From Candidatus Parcubacteria bacterium (GTDB lineage: Bacteria; Patescibacteriota; Patescibacteriia; Patescibacteriales; BM507), in the NCBI GenBank assembly GCA_002869265.1, contig PKTH01000011.1, forward strand, positions 10,843 through 74,842: a stretch of 64,000 nt of DNA. The letters are read 5' to 3'. Position numbers and translations under genes: made by a program. Shown piece after piece: positions 9,132 through 18,860 of this stretch. Each line of letters opens with the position of its first letter. The stretch's first letter is position 1. The notes beneath the pieces were generated by a model. It made no database searches. It had not been told where the DNA came from and was given only the letters and a program-made list of their open reading frames with translations.

Positions 9132-11621
9132 ATGAATTTGAATAAAATAAAAGAAAAAAATAAGAAAAAAATAGCATTTGCCTTTAGTGTTTTGTTTTTG
9201 TCTTTCTTTTTATTCTTTTCTGGTGCGCAGGGTGTTGATGCGGCCTGGTGGGACGCGGCTGTCGTGACAGTAGAAAAAATGGTTTTAATGCTCGTTGGGG
9301 GGTTCTTACAGATAATTGTCGGGGTAGTAGGGCTACTGGCGATGGTTGTTGTCCAAGCATTGATTTATATAGCTTCTTATAATAATTATGCCCATGAGGC
9401 AAGCGTGATAATGGCCTGGGGAGTGGTGAGGGATTTTTGTAATATGTTTTTTATACTAATTCTTTTAGTGATTGCCTTTGCTACTATTCTACGGATCGAA
9501 AGTTACAATATGAAACGCTGGCTTCCTAAGCTTTTAATGATGGCAGTGTTGATAAACTTTTCTAAAACCATTGCATCCCTTATTATTGATGTTTCACAAA
9601 TTTTTATGCTCACTTTTGTTTCTGCCATAGGGACAACTGGTGGAGCGATAATTTCTGCATTAGGTGTTCAAGGTTATTTTGACATAGTCAGAACCCAAAT
9701 AACGGAAAACAGCAAGTCTCCAAATCTCTTATCTACAATAATTGGCCTTATAATGGGTACTATTTTCTTGATAATAGCAACAATAGTTTTGATAGTGTTT
9801 TTAGGAGCCTTAGTTATTAGGATGGTTATGCTGTGGGTTTACACTGTTTTATCACCTTTAGCTTTTCTTTTAGCTGCCTTTCCAGGTGGCCAGAGTTATT
9901 CATCAAGATGGTGGAGTGAGTTTACAAAAAATGTGATCTCAGGACCTGTTTTGATGTTTTTCTTCTGGTTGGGCCTTATTGCAGCAAACGGTTATACCCC
10001 CTCTACCGAGGTCACAAGCCAATGTTTTGGTCCTGTTTCATCTCTTTGCCCAGATAATTTTCTTCATTTCATTATCGCGATTGGGATGCTTGTTGGTGGG
10101 TTGATAGTGACCTCTCAGATTGGTGGCGCAGCTGGCGGCCTAGCCGGCAAAGGAATGGGAGCTATAAACAAAGGTAAAGCACTAGCCTTGAGGCCAGGTC
10201 AAAAGGCAGGCGCTTGGGCAGGAAGGAAGGCAAAAAGTGGAGCATTGGCTACTGGTAGAGCAGGCCTTGGTCTTGCTAGTGGGTTTGACAGAGTGGCAGG
10301 AGCTAAGCTGGGTCTTGAAGGAGGAGCTCTTAGTACAGCTAGTAGGTCAGCATTGAACACAATAACGTTCCAAGGAAGGAGAGAGAAGTGGAGAAAGAAT
10401 AGAGAGGATAAAATGGATGTATATAATAATCAAAGAGACATAAACAGGGTTGAGGCTATGTCTGAAAACAATGACGAAGAAAGAAAAGCCAAAGAAGAGG
10501 CGGCTAGAAACATAACAACAAAGGAAGGCGGTAAAGAATTCACCTATGACCTAGCTAGTAAGAAATTTGTCAGAAAAGATAAAGACGGAAATATAATTGA
10601 GGATAAAGAAGTTCAGAAAATGTCTGAAAGAAAGATGAGAATGCTTGAAGGTTATTCTTCTGCTCATAGTGTTGCAAATGCTACAAAGAAAGCAGCCGAA
10701 GAAGAATCGGTTGAGAAGAAGTCTAATGAGTATGCTCAATCTGGGAAATCATCACAAGAACTCTATAGAATGCTTAGCGATGGATCTCTTTCTTCTAGAG
10801 ACAAGAAGGCTGTTGCTCTTGCTCTAGGAAAAGATGCAGACCACATAGGCAGTATGTCTAGACAACAAGTGAAAGAAGTTAGGGATATCTTGGGTCAAAA
10901 TAAAGGTCTTCAAGATAAATTTGATGAACCAATGCTCAAAAAATATGCCCACAAGATATATAACATTAAAGAGGATGTTGGCAAACAAAAATATATAAAA
11001 GCACTTAAGAGCGGTAAAATTGATGATCATCTTCATGAAAGTGCTTTAGAGGATGCAAATGTCCATAAAATAATAAGGAGCGCTTCTCAGGCTAAGTATG
11101 AGAGAATGATGAAAAATGCTAAAGAGGATACAAGCACCAGGGATGCTGCTAAAAAAGGTCTCAAGGAAGCTTTTAATACTAGTGACAACTCGCTAATTAA
11201 TGGAGTGATAGATCCATTTAGACAGCATTTTTCCAATATGTCAGACAGCATAGGAGAAGCACTTGAGGGTGTTGTAGATCCTAATATTATTCGAAGTAGT
11301 GTAGAGCAAATTGTCCAGAATGCAAGCACAAGTGATATTGCTTCGTTGAATCACAGTAATTTTAATACACAAGCAGCGTCAAGATTGTTTAATGGAGATA
11401 GTGTGTTGATAGATGAGTTTAGAGACAGTTTCGATCAAAATATGATGTCGAGATTAGATCAAAGAGAGATGTCAAGACTTCGGTCAGCCGAAGGCTTGAG
11501 AGATTACAGAGACTTTGAAAGATTGCATAACGCAAGAAATGCTTCAACAAGTGGAGGTCAAAATCAATCAAACAATCCGCCAACTATTCCTGGTTATCAG
11601 AGTAACCAACACCAACCGTAA
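9132..11621 (+). CDS. Polytopic membrane protein, VirB6/TrbL-like, with a long hydrophilic C-terminal tail
   Basis: 829 aa. Signal-like N-terminus (FFSGAQGVDA|AWW), then about 6-7 TM segments over roughly 330 aa, a Gly/Ala-rich linker and a charged tail of about 450 aa. Topology and position upstream of PrgI-like/VirB4 fit VirB6/TrbL. No HMM search run. Confidence 0.55.
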   Translation: MNLNKIKEKNKKKIAFAFSVLFLSFFLFFSGAQGVDAAWWDAAVVTVEKMVLMLVGGFLQIIVGVVGLLAMVVVQALIYIASYNNYAHEASVIMAWGVVRDFCNMFFILILLVIAFATILRIESYNMKRWLPKLLMMAVLINFSKTIASLIIDVSQIFMLTFVSAIGTTGGAIISALGVQGYFDIVRTQITENSKSPNLLSTIIGLIMGTIFLIIATIVLIVFLGALVIRMVMLWVYTVLSPLAFLLAAFPGGQSYSSRWWSEFTKNVISGPVLMFFFWLGLIAANGYTPSTEVTSQCFGPVSSLCPDNFLHFIIAIGMLVGGLIVTSQIGGAAGGLAGKGMGAINKGKALALRPGQKAGAWAGRKAKSGALATGRAGLGLASGFDRVAGAKLGLEGGALSTASRSALNTITFQGRREKWRKNREDKMDVYNNQRDINRVEAMSENNDEERKAKEEAARNITTKEGGKEFTYDLASKKFVRKDKDGNIIEDKEVQKMSERKMRMLEGYSSAHSVANATKKAAEEESVEKKSNEYAQSGKSSQELYRMLSDGSLSSRDKKAVALALGKDADHIGSMSRQQVKEVRDILGQNKGLQDKFDEPMLKKYAHKIYNIKEDVGKQKYIKALKSGKIDDHLHESALEDANVHKIIRSASQAKYERMMKNAKEDTSTRDAAKKGLKEAFNTSDNSLINGVIDPFRQHFSNMSDSIGEALEGVVDPNIIRSSVEQIVQNASTSDIASLNHSNFNTQAASRLFNGDSVLIDEFRDSFDQNMMSRLDQREMSRLRSAEGLRDYRDFERLHNARNASTSGGQNQSNNPPTIPGYQSNQHQP

Positions 11622-11625
11622 AATT

Positions 11626-12813
11626 ATGATAAAAAACTTTGACGAAAAATTAAATAAACTACCAAAAGATGTACGAGAGTATCTTCTCTTTGAGACGGGC
11701 TCTAGACTAGAAAGGTATTTAATTCAGAACTACCAGATATCTTCTAAAGAGTATACAATTGGTGATCTTCTTTGTATGGTCTACTTTGGTGATCTTTCAC
11801 TTGAAAAAGTCCTAGATTTCTTTAGGGAAAATTTTGAGCCGTCCGACGAAAGAGCAAAGAAGTTTATTTTAGATTTAATTGGAATCAGGATTTTACCCAT
11901 TAAAGATTACCTGAAAAACGAAGACTTTGAGTATGTTATTTATAATTTAGGCGGCAATATAGATGATTATAATAAGTTTATTGAATTCAGCAGAATGGCT
12001 GCCGAAAAAGAATCAAGAGGGGAAATGGTGGAAATCGATGATATTTTAGGAATAAAAAAGGGCGAAGAGCAATTCGAAGAGACCCTTAATAGGCTTAGCC
12101 CAGATTTGGATGAGAAAAGCGAGAAAAGGGATAGCTTAAAAGTGTTTGAAACATCAATTAAGCAGATGTTGGTTAGTGCGGATAAAGATATATTGGAGGA
12201 TTATAATTTAGCCTTGATGGAGCTGATAACAGATGATGTTAAATTTAAAAGAGATCTTGAAAATAGTCTTTATCATAATAACGAACTATTAACAACTTCT
12301 AAATTTAAGTTGGGAGAAAAAGAGGAAAAACCCACAATTGGAAATTGGCTAAAAGATTTTATAAAAAGAGTAGGAACTAAGAACTTTTCAAATGTTACTT
12401 TAATGGATTACCTGACCAAAAATGCAAACACCAAAAATCTTTATACTAATGAAAGAGTTCTCTTAAGTAAGCTTTTGCAACTTTATAGGAACCTTAAATT
12501 TTTCCCAGAAAGCCAAAAGGGTCTTCGAGAAGAAAACTGGGAAATAATTCCAGCCGAAGAAATAAAAGAGACAAAGATTGGGCACAGGTCTATTGGGGTG
12601 CCAAAAACAGAGGCTGAAAAGAATATTGAAAAATTAGAAGAAGAGTCGAAAGATTTTGAAGAGAATAGTCTTGAAAAACTTGCCATAGAAGAGGCAATTG
12701 ATAAAGAAAAGAAAATTGAAGAATTGCGATTTATGGCGACTAAGTTTGCCGAAGATAGTTTGGAAAAGAAAGCGATTGAAGAAGAAATAAAAAAAATGGA
12801 ACACGAAAAATAA
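11626..12813 (+). CDS. Hypothetical K/E-rich protein (T4SS-like cluster), paralogous N-domain with the next gene
   Basis: ATG at 11626 lies just after the stop of the previous gene; the ORF-track start at 11515 overlaps that gene. N-terminus is MIKNFDEKLNKLPKDVREYL. C-terminus repeats SLEK(L/K)AIEE. Confidence 0.7.
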   Translation: MIKNFDEKLNKLPKDVREYLLFETGSRLERYLIQNYQISSKEYTIGDLLCMVYFGDLSLEKVLDFFRENFEPSDERAKKFILDLIGIRILPIKDYLKNEDFEYVIYNLGGNIDDYNKFIEFSRMAAEKESRGEMVEIDDILGIKKGEEQFEETLNRLSPDLDEKSEKRDSLKVFETSIKQMLVSADKDILEDYNLALMELITDDVKFKRDLENSLYHNNELLTTSKFKLGEKEEKPTIGNWLKDFIKRVGTKNFSNVTLMDYLTKNANTKNLYTNERVLLSKLLQLYRNLKFFPESQKGLREENWEIIPAEEIKETKIGHRSIGVPKTEAEKNIEKLEEESKDFEENSLEKLAIEEAIDKEKKIEELRFMATKFAEDSLEKKAIEEEIKKMEHEK

Positions 12814-14352
12814 ATGCTTGATTATTTAACAAAATTTAATGCTTTGCCAAAGTACTTGAAGGATAAAATGTCAGATCCTTCTATTTTGAGTGCAGTGAAG
12901 GCTATAGAGGAAAAGTATGATCTAAGTCTAGCAGCAACAATAATGAAAGTGATGGTAAAAGATATTTCTATTTTGGATTTATCTAAGTATTTTGTTTTCG
13001 AACATGATCTTTCAGGAGACAAGGCAGAAGAATTGGTTACTGAGTTAAAAAACAAGGTTTTGTATGTTGCCGCTGAACACCTGGGCTTAAAAGATGTTAA
13101 ACAAAAAGATTTGATTGGAATAGAGGATCAAGAAAAAGACAATGATGAAAACAGGGTAAAAAGCTCAAACTTTTTTTTCTCATCTGAGGATGAGGAGGAG
13201 GTTTCTAGCTTAACTCAGAAACTAGGCACTGTTGGGAAAGAGAAAAAAATAGATGAAAAAAAGATAGATAGTGTTATTAATGACGTTATTTTTGACACAG
13301 GAGTTAGTTTTAGCTCTTCAGATCTCTCTGAGCGTTTTATAAAGGTTTTGAAAACCTACACAAAAGGGGTAAGAAAAAGAATTGATACCAAATTAACTCT
13401 GGCAAAAGATGTAGACAAAGGTGGTCTCGGTATGAGTGGTGGACGAGTAGAGGAGGTTTTGAAACTGTTAGATAAAAAAAATAAAGAAAGCGGTTCGGAT
13501 ATCTTTGAAATAAAGCTTAAAGAAGATTCTCTGGATACAAAGCCAAAAATTGATCAATTAATAGAGAAGACCGAAAAGAACAACCATGACAAAGAAAAAA
13601 AATCTGGCCTAGAGAATTTTAGAAAAAAAGTTGATGCAGGGGCGCTAAACGAATCAAGAGATGTGGCTTATGACCTGTCGTCTATGCCTAAAAAGACTGA
13701 CACAAAAGATAAACAGTCATCAGCAAAAGAAAAGAACGTTACTGAAATCCCCAAAAAAGAGGCAAGTAGTAGTCCTAAGTTAGATGAAAAAGGTTTCCCA
13801 GTCGTAGGGACCCCAGTTATCAATAGCCTGCCAAATGTTAAAGAAAATATTCCCGAAAAAAAAGATTCTCCAGAAATAAAAAAACCACTCAAAGCACCGA
13901 TCAAGTCCGTTCAAAAAGAAAAAAATCTTGATGATCATATAGCGGGGAAAGATGGTAAATTCAAGCCAAGAATTGTGGCCCCCGAAACAGGGAAGAAAAG
14001 AGTAGAGGATGTGAAAGCGGTTCCGAGATTAATGGGCCCTATTGATGAGCTTTTAAATATGACAATTATTGATTTTCGAAGACTTGATTCTGACCCGATG
14101 AGAGCGGCAGCAAAAATAAAAGAAAAAATTGACCTACTTGGAGAAGACGGGATTAAGAAAAAATTGGAAGGTAAGGCCGCTTGGAGAAAAAGTAAAGTTT
14201 TTAAAGAGTATATAGATATTGGAAGGAAGGCAATTGGTCAGAAAAAACCAATTTACGAAGTTATTAATGATAAAACATTTAGCAATCAAGAGACATTGAA
14301 AGAAGCCGAATTTGAGGCCGTCTTAAATCTAAATAGAGAAATTAGATTTTAA
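12814..14352 (+). CDS. Hypothetical K/E-rich protein (T4SS-like cluster)
   Basis: 512-aa ORF. Its ATG directly follows the preceding TAA. N-terminus MLDYLTKFNALPKYLKD parallels that of the preceding gene. Long low-complexity Lys-rich middle region. Confidence 0.7.
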   Translation: MLDYLTKFNALPKYLKDKMSDPSILSAVKAIEEKYDLSLAATIMKVMVKDISILDLSKYFVFEHDLSGDKAEELVTELKNKVLYVAAEHLGLKDVKQKDLIGIEDQEKDNDENRVKSSNFFFSSEDEEEVSSLTQKLGTVGKEKKIDEKKIDSVINDVIFDTGVSFSSSDLSERFIKVLKTYTKGVRKRIDTKLTLAKDVDKGGLGMSGGRVEEVLKLLDKKNKESGSDIFEIKLKEDSLDTKPKIDQLIEKTEKNNHDKEKKSGLENFRKKVDAGALNESRDVAYDLSSMPKKTDTKDKQSSAKEKNVTEIPKKEASSSPKLDEKGFPVVGTPVINSLPNVKENIPEKKDSPEIKKPLKAPIKSVQKEKNLDDHIAGKDGKFKPRIVAPETGKKRVEDVKAVPRLMGPIDELLNMTIIDFRRLDSDPMRAAAKIKEKIDLLGEDGIKKKLEGKAAWRKSKVFKEYIDIGRKAIGQKKPIYEVINDKTFSNQETLKEAEFEAVLNLNREIRF

Positions 14353-14354
14353 AT

Positions 14355-14831
14355 ATGCAACAGTTTACAGTACCACAATTTATTGATGTAGAGGATAAAA
14401 TAATCGGACCAGTAACTACAAGACAATTTGTTATTATCTTGTCTGGCTCCTTGATTCTTTTTATTATTTTTAAATTTTTCAATCTACTTTACCTTTTAAC
14501 TGTTGGTAGCTTTGTGTTTATCAATATGGTGCTCTTTGCTTTTTTTAAAGTAGCAGGTAGACCGTTTCATTTTTTTGTTTTAAATTTTATTCAAACGCTT
14601 TTAAAAGCGGGGACTAGGGTTTGGCAAAATCTACCAGCAAGTGAAGAGAAGGAAGAAATAATGGTCCACAAGGTCGAGACGAAAAGAATAAAACAAAGAG
14701 AATATACTTCTTCTAGGCTAGCTGAGCTATCTTTGATTGTCGACACTCAGGGGAAATTTAAACATGAAAATGGAAGTGCTGATATAGAGAGCGGCCTAGG
14801 GATAAAAAATAAAATTAACGAGATTTTATAA
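14355..14831 (+). CDS. PrgI-family / VirB3-like small membrane protein
   Basis: N-terminus FTVPQFIDVEDKIIGPVTTRQFVIIL is followed by two TM segments. This is the signature of Gram-positive PrgI-family proteins. It sits upstream of VirB4. Confidence 0.65.
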   Translation: MQQFTVPQFIDVEDKIIGPVTTRQFVIILSGSLILFIIFKFFNLLYLLTVGSFVFINMVLFAFFKVAGRPFHFFVLNFIQTLLKAGTRVWQNLPASEEKEEIMVHKVETKRIKQREYTSSRLAELSLIVDTQGKFKHENGSADIESGLGIKNKINEIL

Positions 14832-14832
14832 T

Positions 14833-15522
14833 ATGACCAATAAAGGAAAATTAGCAAGGAATAAAGTACAAGCCTCAACACAGAAATATGTTGATATTGG
14901 TGAAATAAAAGAGGACACTGTAGTGATGCGTGATGGAACCATGAGGGCGGTTTTACTTGTCTCAAGTATTAATTTTGCTCTAAAGAGTGAAGAGGAGCAG
15001 AACGCAACTATCTCTTCTTATGTGAGCTTTTTGAATAATATAAGTTTCCCATTACAGATTATAATCCAGTCAAGAGAATTAAACATTGAAGAATATATTA
15101 TAAGGTTGAGGGAGAAGGAAAATGAACAAACCAACGAGCTTTTGAAAATGCAGACAGCTGACTATATTGCCTATATCCAAGAATTAGTTGATATGAGTAG
15201 AATTATGAACAAGAGGTTTTATGTGGTGGTTCCATATAACCCCTTATCAGACAAACAGAAAGGATTTTTTGCCAGGCTTTTCGATCTTTTTAGACCAGAC
15301 TCAGCCGTTAAAATGAGAGACAAAGCATTTAATAATAGACGCAAAGAACTAAACAGAAGAGTTGATAATGTTTTGGGTGGCCTAACCTCTATGGGTCTTA
15401 GCGCAGTTCAGCTAGACACTCAAAGTTTGATTGAATTGTATTATAATACATATAACCCTATTACATCGGCCAACGAAAAATTGGTTAAAACAGAAAAATT
15501 AAGGGTAAATAAACAAAACTAA
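14833..15522 (+). CDS. Hypothetical protein between PrgI-like and VirB4 genes
   Basis: 229-aa soluble ORF, 1 nt after the PrgI-like stop and 2 nt before the VirB4 start. No motif recognised. Confidence 0.6.
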   Translation: MTNKGKLARNKVQASTQKYVDIGEIKEDTVVMRDGTMRAVLLVSSINFALKSEEEQNATISSYVSFLNNISFPLQIIIQSRELNIEEYIIRLREKENEQTNELLKMQTADYIAYIQELVDMSRIMNKRFYVVVPYNPLSDKQKGFFARLFDLFRPDSAVKMRDKAFNNRRKELNRRVDNVLGGLTSMGLSAVQLDTQSLIELYYNTYNPITSANEKLVKTEKLRVNKQN

Positions 15523-15524
15523 TT

Positions 15525-17420
15525 ATGGTTAATTTTAAAAAATTAAACAATTTAGATAGTAGCAAAGAAGAAGATAAATACTCCCAGGGACAGCAAAAGA
15601 CAAATATTGATGTAACTAAAGATCTTATCGAAGAAGAGAAGGAATATAGAAGAGGTTCCTTGTCTATTAGGGACTTGATTGCTCCTGCAAGCTTTCAGGT
15701 TAACCCAAGTTATTTAATGCTCGGGGACAAGTTTGTCAGAACAATATTTGTAATCACGTATCCTCGTTATATTAGTGTTGGGTGGTTCGCTCCGGTTATC
15801 AATCTTAACTCTACTTTTGATGTTTCAATGTTTTTCTATCCGGTTAACAATACCATGGTTTTGAAACAGCTGAAAAACAAGGTTGGTGCCCTTGAAGCTC
15901 AAATCATTTCTGATGCTGAGAAAGGAGCAGCTCGTGACCCATTAAGAGAAACAGCCTTGAGAGATATTGAAGCACTAAGAGATGCCCTAACCCAGGGAAT
16001 AGAAAAGTTTTTCCAATTTGCACTATATGTAACTCTTTACGCTGACTCAAAGAAAGAGCTTGATAGAATGTCGGATGAGGTTGAAGATATATTTGGTTCA
16101 CGCTTAGTTTATTCTAGAAGAGTTTTTTATCAAGCTGAGCAAGGATTCAATTCGACTATGCCTCTGGGTAATGACGAATTATATATTGCTTTCAATATGA
16201 ATTCATCACCGATTGCTTCTTCTTTTCCTTTTATTTCTAGTGAGCTTACAAGTGATAATGGTATTTTGTATGGAATTAACAGACATAATAATAGTTTGAT
16301 ACTCTTTGATAGATTTAGTTTGCAAAATGCTAATACGGTTGTATTTGCTACTTCCGGTGCTGGTAAAAGTTATGCTATTAAATTAGAGGTGTTAAGGAGT
16401 TTGATGCTAGGAACGGATGTTATGATTATCGACCCGGAGTTTGAGTATAAATATCTATCGGATGCAGTTGGAGGGACTTATATTAATGTTTCTTTATCAT
16501 CTGAGAACAAGATTAACCCCTTTGACTTGCCAAGATCAATTGGAGGAGACTCTAAAGCAGGGGATATAATTAGAAGTGCTGTTATAACTGTAAAGGGGCT
16601 TATTAGACTTATGCTTGGTGATCTAACCCATGAAGAAGATTCGATAATTGACAGAGCACTCTTGGAAACTTATGCTAAAAAAGACATAACCCCAGAAAGT
16701 GATCTCAATAATATAGAGCCCCCAGTTATGCAGGACTTTCAAGACGTTTTGGAAGGAATGGAGGGTGGAAACAGTCTTGCGCTTCGTTTGAAAAAATATA
16801 CCGAAGGAACTTTCTCAGGACTTTTTAATAGCCCCACCAACGTTGAGATGGACAACAACTTGGTTTGTTTCAGTGTTCGTGATTTAGAAGATGAGCTGAG
16901 ACCTATTTCAATTTATACTGTCGTAAATTATATTTGGAATGTGGTTAGGTCAGAGATGAAGAAGAGAATATTGGTAATAGATGAGGCTTGGTGGTTGATG
17001 CAACACGAGGATTCAGCAAAGTTTATATTCGCCCTGGTTAAGAGATGCAGAAAATACTATCTGGGTGTAACCACGATCACACAAGATGTAAATGACTTTT
17101 TAACTTCTCCTTATGGACAAGCTATTGTTACCAACTCATCTTTGCAACTACTTCTGAAGCAATCTACAGCCGGGGTCGATCTTATTCAGAAAACCTTTGC
17201 CCTAACGGAAGGAGAAAAATATTTACTTTTAGAGTCTGGTCTTGGTGAAGGGATTTTCTTTGCGGGTTCAAAGCATGCGGCAATAAAAATAGTCGCTTCA
17301 TATACAGAAGACCAACTAATCACATCTTACCCAAGACAATTAATGCAGATAGAAGACTCTAAAAAAGAATTTGACGAGAGTTTGGCCGATGAATATGATA
17401 CTAATCGGAGTGAAGAATAA
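15525..17420 (+). CDS. virB4: VirB4/TrbE/PrgJ-family type IV secretion ATPase
   Basis: 631 aa. Walker A VVFATSGAGKSYAIK, Walker B RILVIDEAWWLM, then VTTITQD. The N-terminal domain pattern (YPRYISVGWFAPVIN) is typical of VirB4. Confidence 0.85.
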   Translation: MVNFKKLNNLDSSKEEDKYSQGQQKTNIDVTKDLIEEEKEYRRGSLSIRDLIAPASFQVNPSYLMLGDKFVRTIFVITYPRYISVGWFAPVINLNSTFDVSMFFYPVNNTMVLKQLKNKVGALEAQIISDAEKGAARDPLRETALRDIEALRDALTQGIEKFFQFALYVTLYADSKKELDRMSDEVEDIFGSRLVYSRRVFYQAEQGFNSTMPLGNDELYIAFNMNSSPIASSFPFISSELTSDNGILYGINRHNNSLILFDRFSLQNANTVVFATSGAGKSYAIKLEVLRSLMLGTDVMIIDPEFEYKYLSDAVGGTYINVSLSSENKINPFDLPRSIGGDSKAGDIIRSAVITVKGLIRLMLGDLTHEEDSIIDRALLETYAKKDITPESDLNNIEPPVMQDFQDVLEGMEGGNSLALRLKKYTEGTFSGLFNSPTNVEMDNNLVCFSVRDLEDELRPISIYTVVNYIWNVVRSEMKKRILVIDEAWWLMQHEDSAKFIFALVKRCRKYYLGVTTITQDVNDFLTSPYGQAIVTNSSLQLLLKQSTAGVDLIQKTFALTEGEKYLLLESGLGEGIFFAGSKHAAIKIVASYTEDQLITSYPRQLMQIEDSKKEFDESLADEYDTNRSEE

Positions 17421-17431
17421 GTTTTAAATTT

Positions 17432-18109
17432 ATGAGTACAAAAATAATAGGAATTCTAATAATCATAATAGGGCTTGGAGGTCTTTTTGGCGCAGCCTAT
17501 TATGTTTATAGAGAAATGTACTATGTTCCAGATGAACCGGTTGTTCTTATTGATCAAACAGAGGAAGAAGAGATAGAGGTAGAGAAAGAAGAGACAATAA
17601 TTCCTAAAAACAATCTATTAAATATCCCTGTAAAGACAGAGGAGGGTAGTACTGAAAAAATATTAGAAAGACAAAAGGAGAGTGTTGTTATTAGTGCTAA
17701 AGACTCTAATCAAGAAGAGTCTACACCATTGGTGGAGAGTCAATTGAAGAGGACGGCAGCTCTTTTTATTGAGAGATTTGGTTCTTATTCAAATCAGTCT
17801 AATTTTTCAAATATTAGTGATTTGAAAATATACATGAGTGAGGGAATGAAGGTTTGGGCAGATGACTTTGTCCAAAAAAACAACGTTGACAGAGATGTCT
17901 CTACTTATTATGGTATAACAACAAAGGCTATTTCGCAGGATGTTGAATTTATAGATGAGAGTGCTGGAAACGTTTCTATTTTAGTGACATCCTTGCGTAG
18001 AGAAACAGGCGGAGACTTGAGCGAAGACAATTCTTTTTATCAAGAAGCTTTGGTCAGATTTGTTTTAGAAAAAGGGTTTTGGAAAGTAAGTAGTGCTAAT
18101 TGGCAATAA
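17432..18109 (+). CDS. Bitopic membrane protein, possible VirB8-like (NTF2-like C-domain)
   Basis: N-terminal TM (IIGILIIIIGLGGLFGAAYYV), acidic linker, and a C-terminal domain of about 130 aa ending FWKVSSANWQ. The VirB8-like assignment rests on size, topology and position only. Confidence 0.45.
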   Translation: MSTKIIGILIIIIGLGGLFGAAYYVYREMYYVPDEPVVLIDQTEEEEIEVEKEETIIPKNNLLNIPVKTEEGSTEKILERQKESVVISAKDSNQEESTPLVESQLKRTAALFIERFGSYSNQSNFSNISDLKIYMSEGMKVWADDFVQKNNVDRDVSTYYGITTKAISQDVEFIDESAGNVSILVTSLRRETGGDLSEDNSFYQEALVRFVLEKGFWKVSSANWQ

Positions 18110-18110
18110 T

Positions 18111-18860
18111 ATGAAAAAAGACAGTATAAAAATTTCAACTTTTGTTTTCGTTACGTTCTCACTATCAGCTTTTGTGGTGGTAAGTTTTTTATTTATTTTT
18201 CTTAGTTCTAAGATTAAATACGCAGTTGTAAATAGCGATTCTTATTCTGAGGAAACACGAAATATAAGATATGAAGAAAATGCAGGGCACGATGATCCTT
18301 TTTTAACTAAGGCAAGCACGTATAGAAGGACCATAGCAGGGCCAATAATTTCAAATTTTGATCCCTATATTGGTAATCTAGAATCACCAATCAAGATAAT
18401 TGTTTATTCAGATTTTACTTGTCCTTATTGTTATGAGCAGGAGAGGGTTATAAAAAAAGTTATTGATAAGTATGGTGAGTCTGTTCGATTTATTTGGAAA
18501 GATTATCCGGAGCTAGATATTGAATCAATGTCTTTTCGAGGGGCTGTTGCAGCCCGTTGTGCTCAAGAACAAGACGCTTTCTGGCTTTTTCATGACAGAC
18601 TCTTTGCCAAGAAAGGTGTATTTGATGAAGAAGATTTTATTGAAATTGGAAAAAATATAGGTTTAAATATTGGGAAGTTTAATGTTTGCATTGAAAATTA
18701 CGACACCCAAAAACTAATATTAGACAACGTGGAGGAAGCCAATGCCCTCGGGATAATAGGGGTTCCTAATGTTTATGTTAATGACAGGGAATTTATTGGT
18801 AATGTTAGCGAAAAAGATTTTTCTTTAATTATAGATAATGAGCTCAAGGCAAATGAGTAA
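18111..18860 (+). CDS. DsbA-family thiol:disulfide oxidoreductase, membrane-anchored
   Basis: CxxC active site (FTCPYC) in a thioredoxin-like context, with an N-terminal TM. ATG 18111 is preferred over the GTG at 18093, which overlaps the previous gene. Confidence 0.8.
   Translation: MKKDSIKISTFVFVTFSLSAFVVVSFLFIFLSSKIKYAVVNSDSYSEETRNIRYEENAGHDDPFLTKASTYRRTIAGPIISNFDPYIGNLESPIKIIVYSDFTCPYCYEQERVIKKVIDKYGESVRFIWKDYPELDIESMSFRGAVAARCAQEQDAFWLFHDRLFAKKGVFDEEDFIEIGKNIGLNIGKFNVCIENYDTQKLILDNVEEANALGIIGVPNVYVNDREFIGNVSEKDFSLIIDNELKANE

Noticed and set aside
8652-11329. Minus-strand ORFs inside the 8542 and 9132 genes (8652-9083, 9184-9402, 10551-10739, 10824-11036, 11087-11329), and the plus-strand ORF 10645-10827.
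   Set aside because: They are nested in better-supported genes with membrane-protein periodicity, and no independent signals support them. The same reasoning applies to other short antisense ORFs in the track (e.g. 19815-20144, 27486-27956, 30266-30697, 44800-45180, 60649-61149, 58091-58624).
12811-12816. A third in-frame stop fusing 11626-12813 with 12814-14352 (same frame, TAA-ATG junction). The same question arises at 45992-45997 between two minor pilins.
   Set aside because: In both cases the downstream ORF starts with its own ATG and its own complete N-terminal module (a paralogous N-domain, or a prepilin leader). These are separate, translationally coupled genes.
14833-17420. The 14833-15522 product as a detached N-terminal domain of a split VirB4.
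   Set aside because: The two ORFs are in different frames with proper start and stop codons. The 631-aa product already begins with a VirB4-type N-domain pattern. I cannot support homology of the 229-aa protein to VirB4 by eye.
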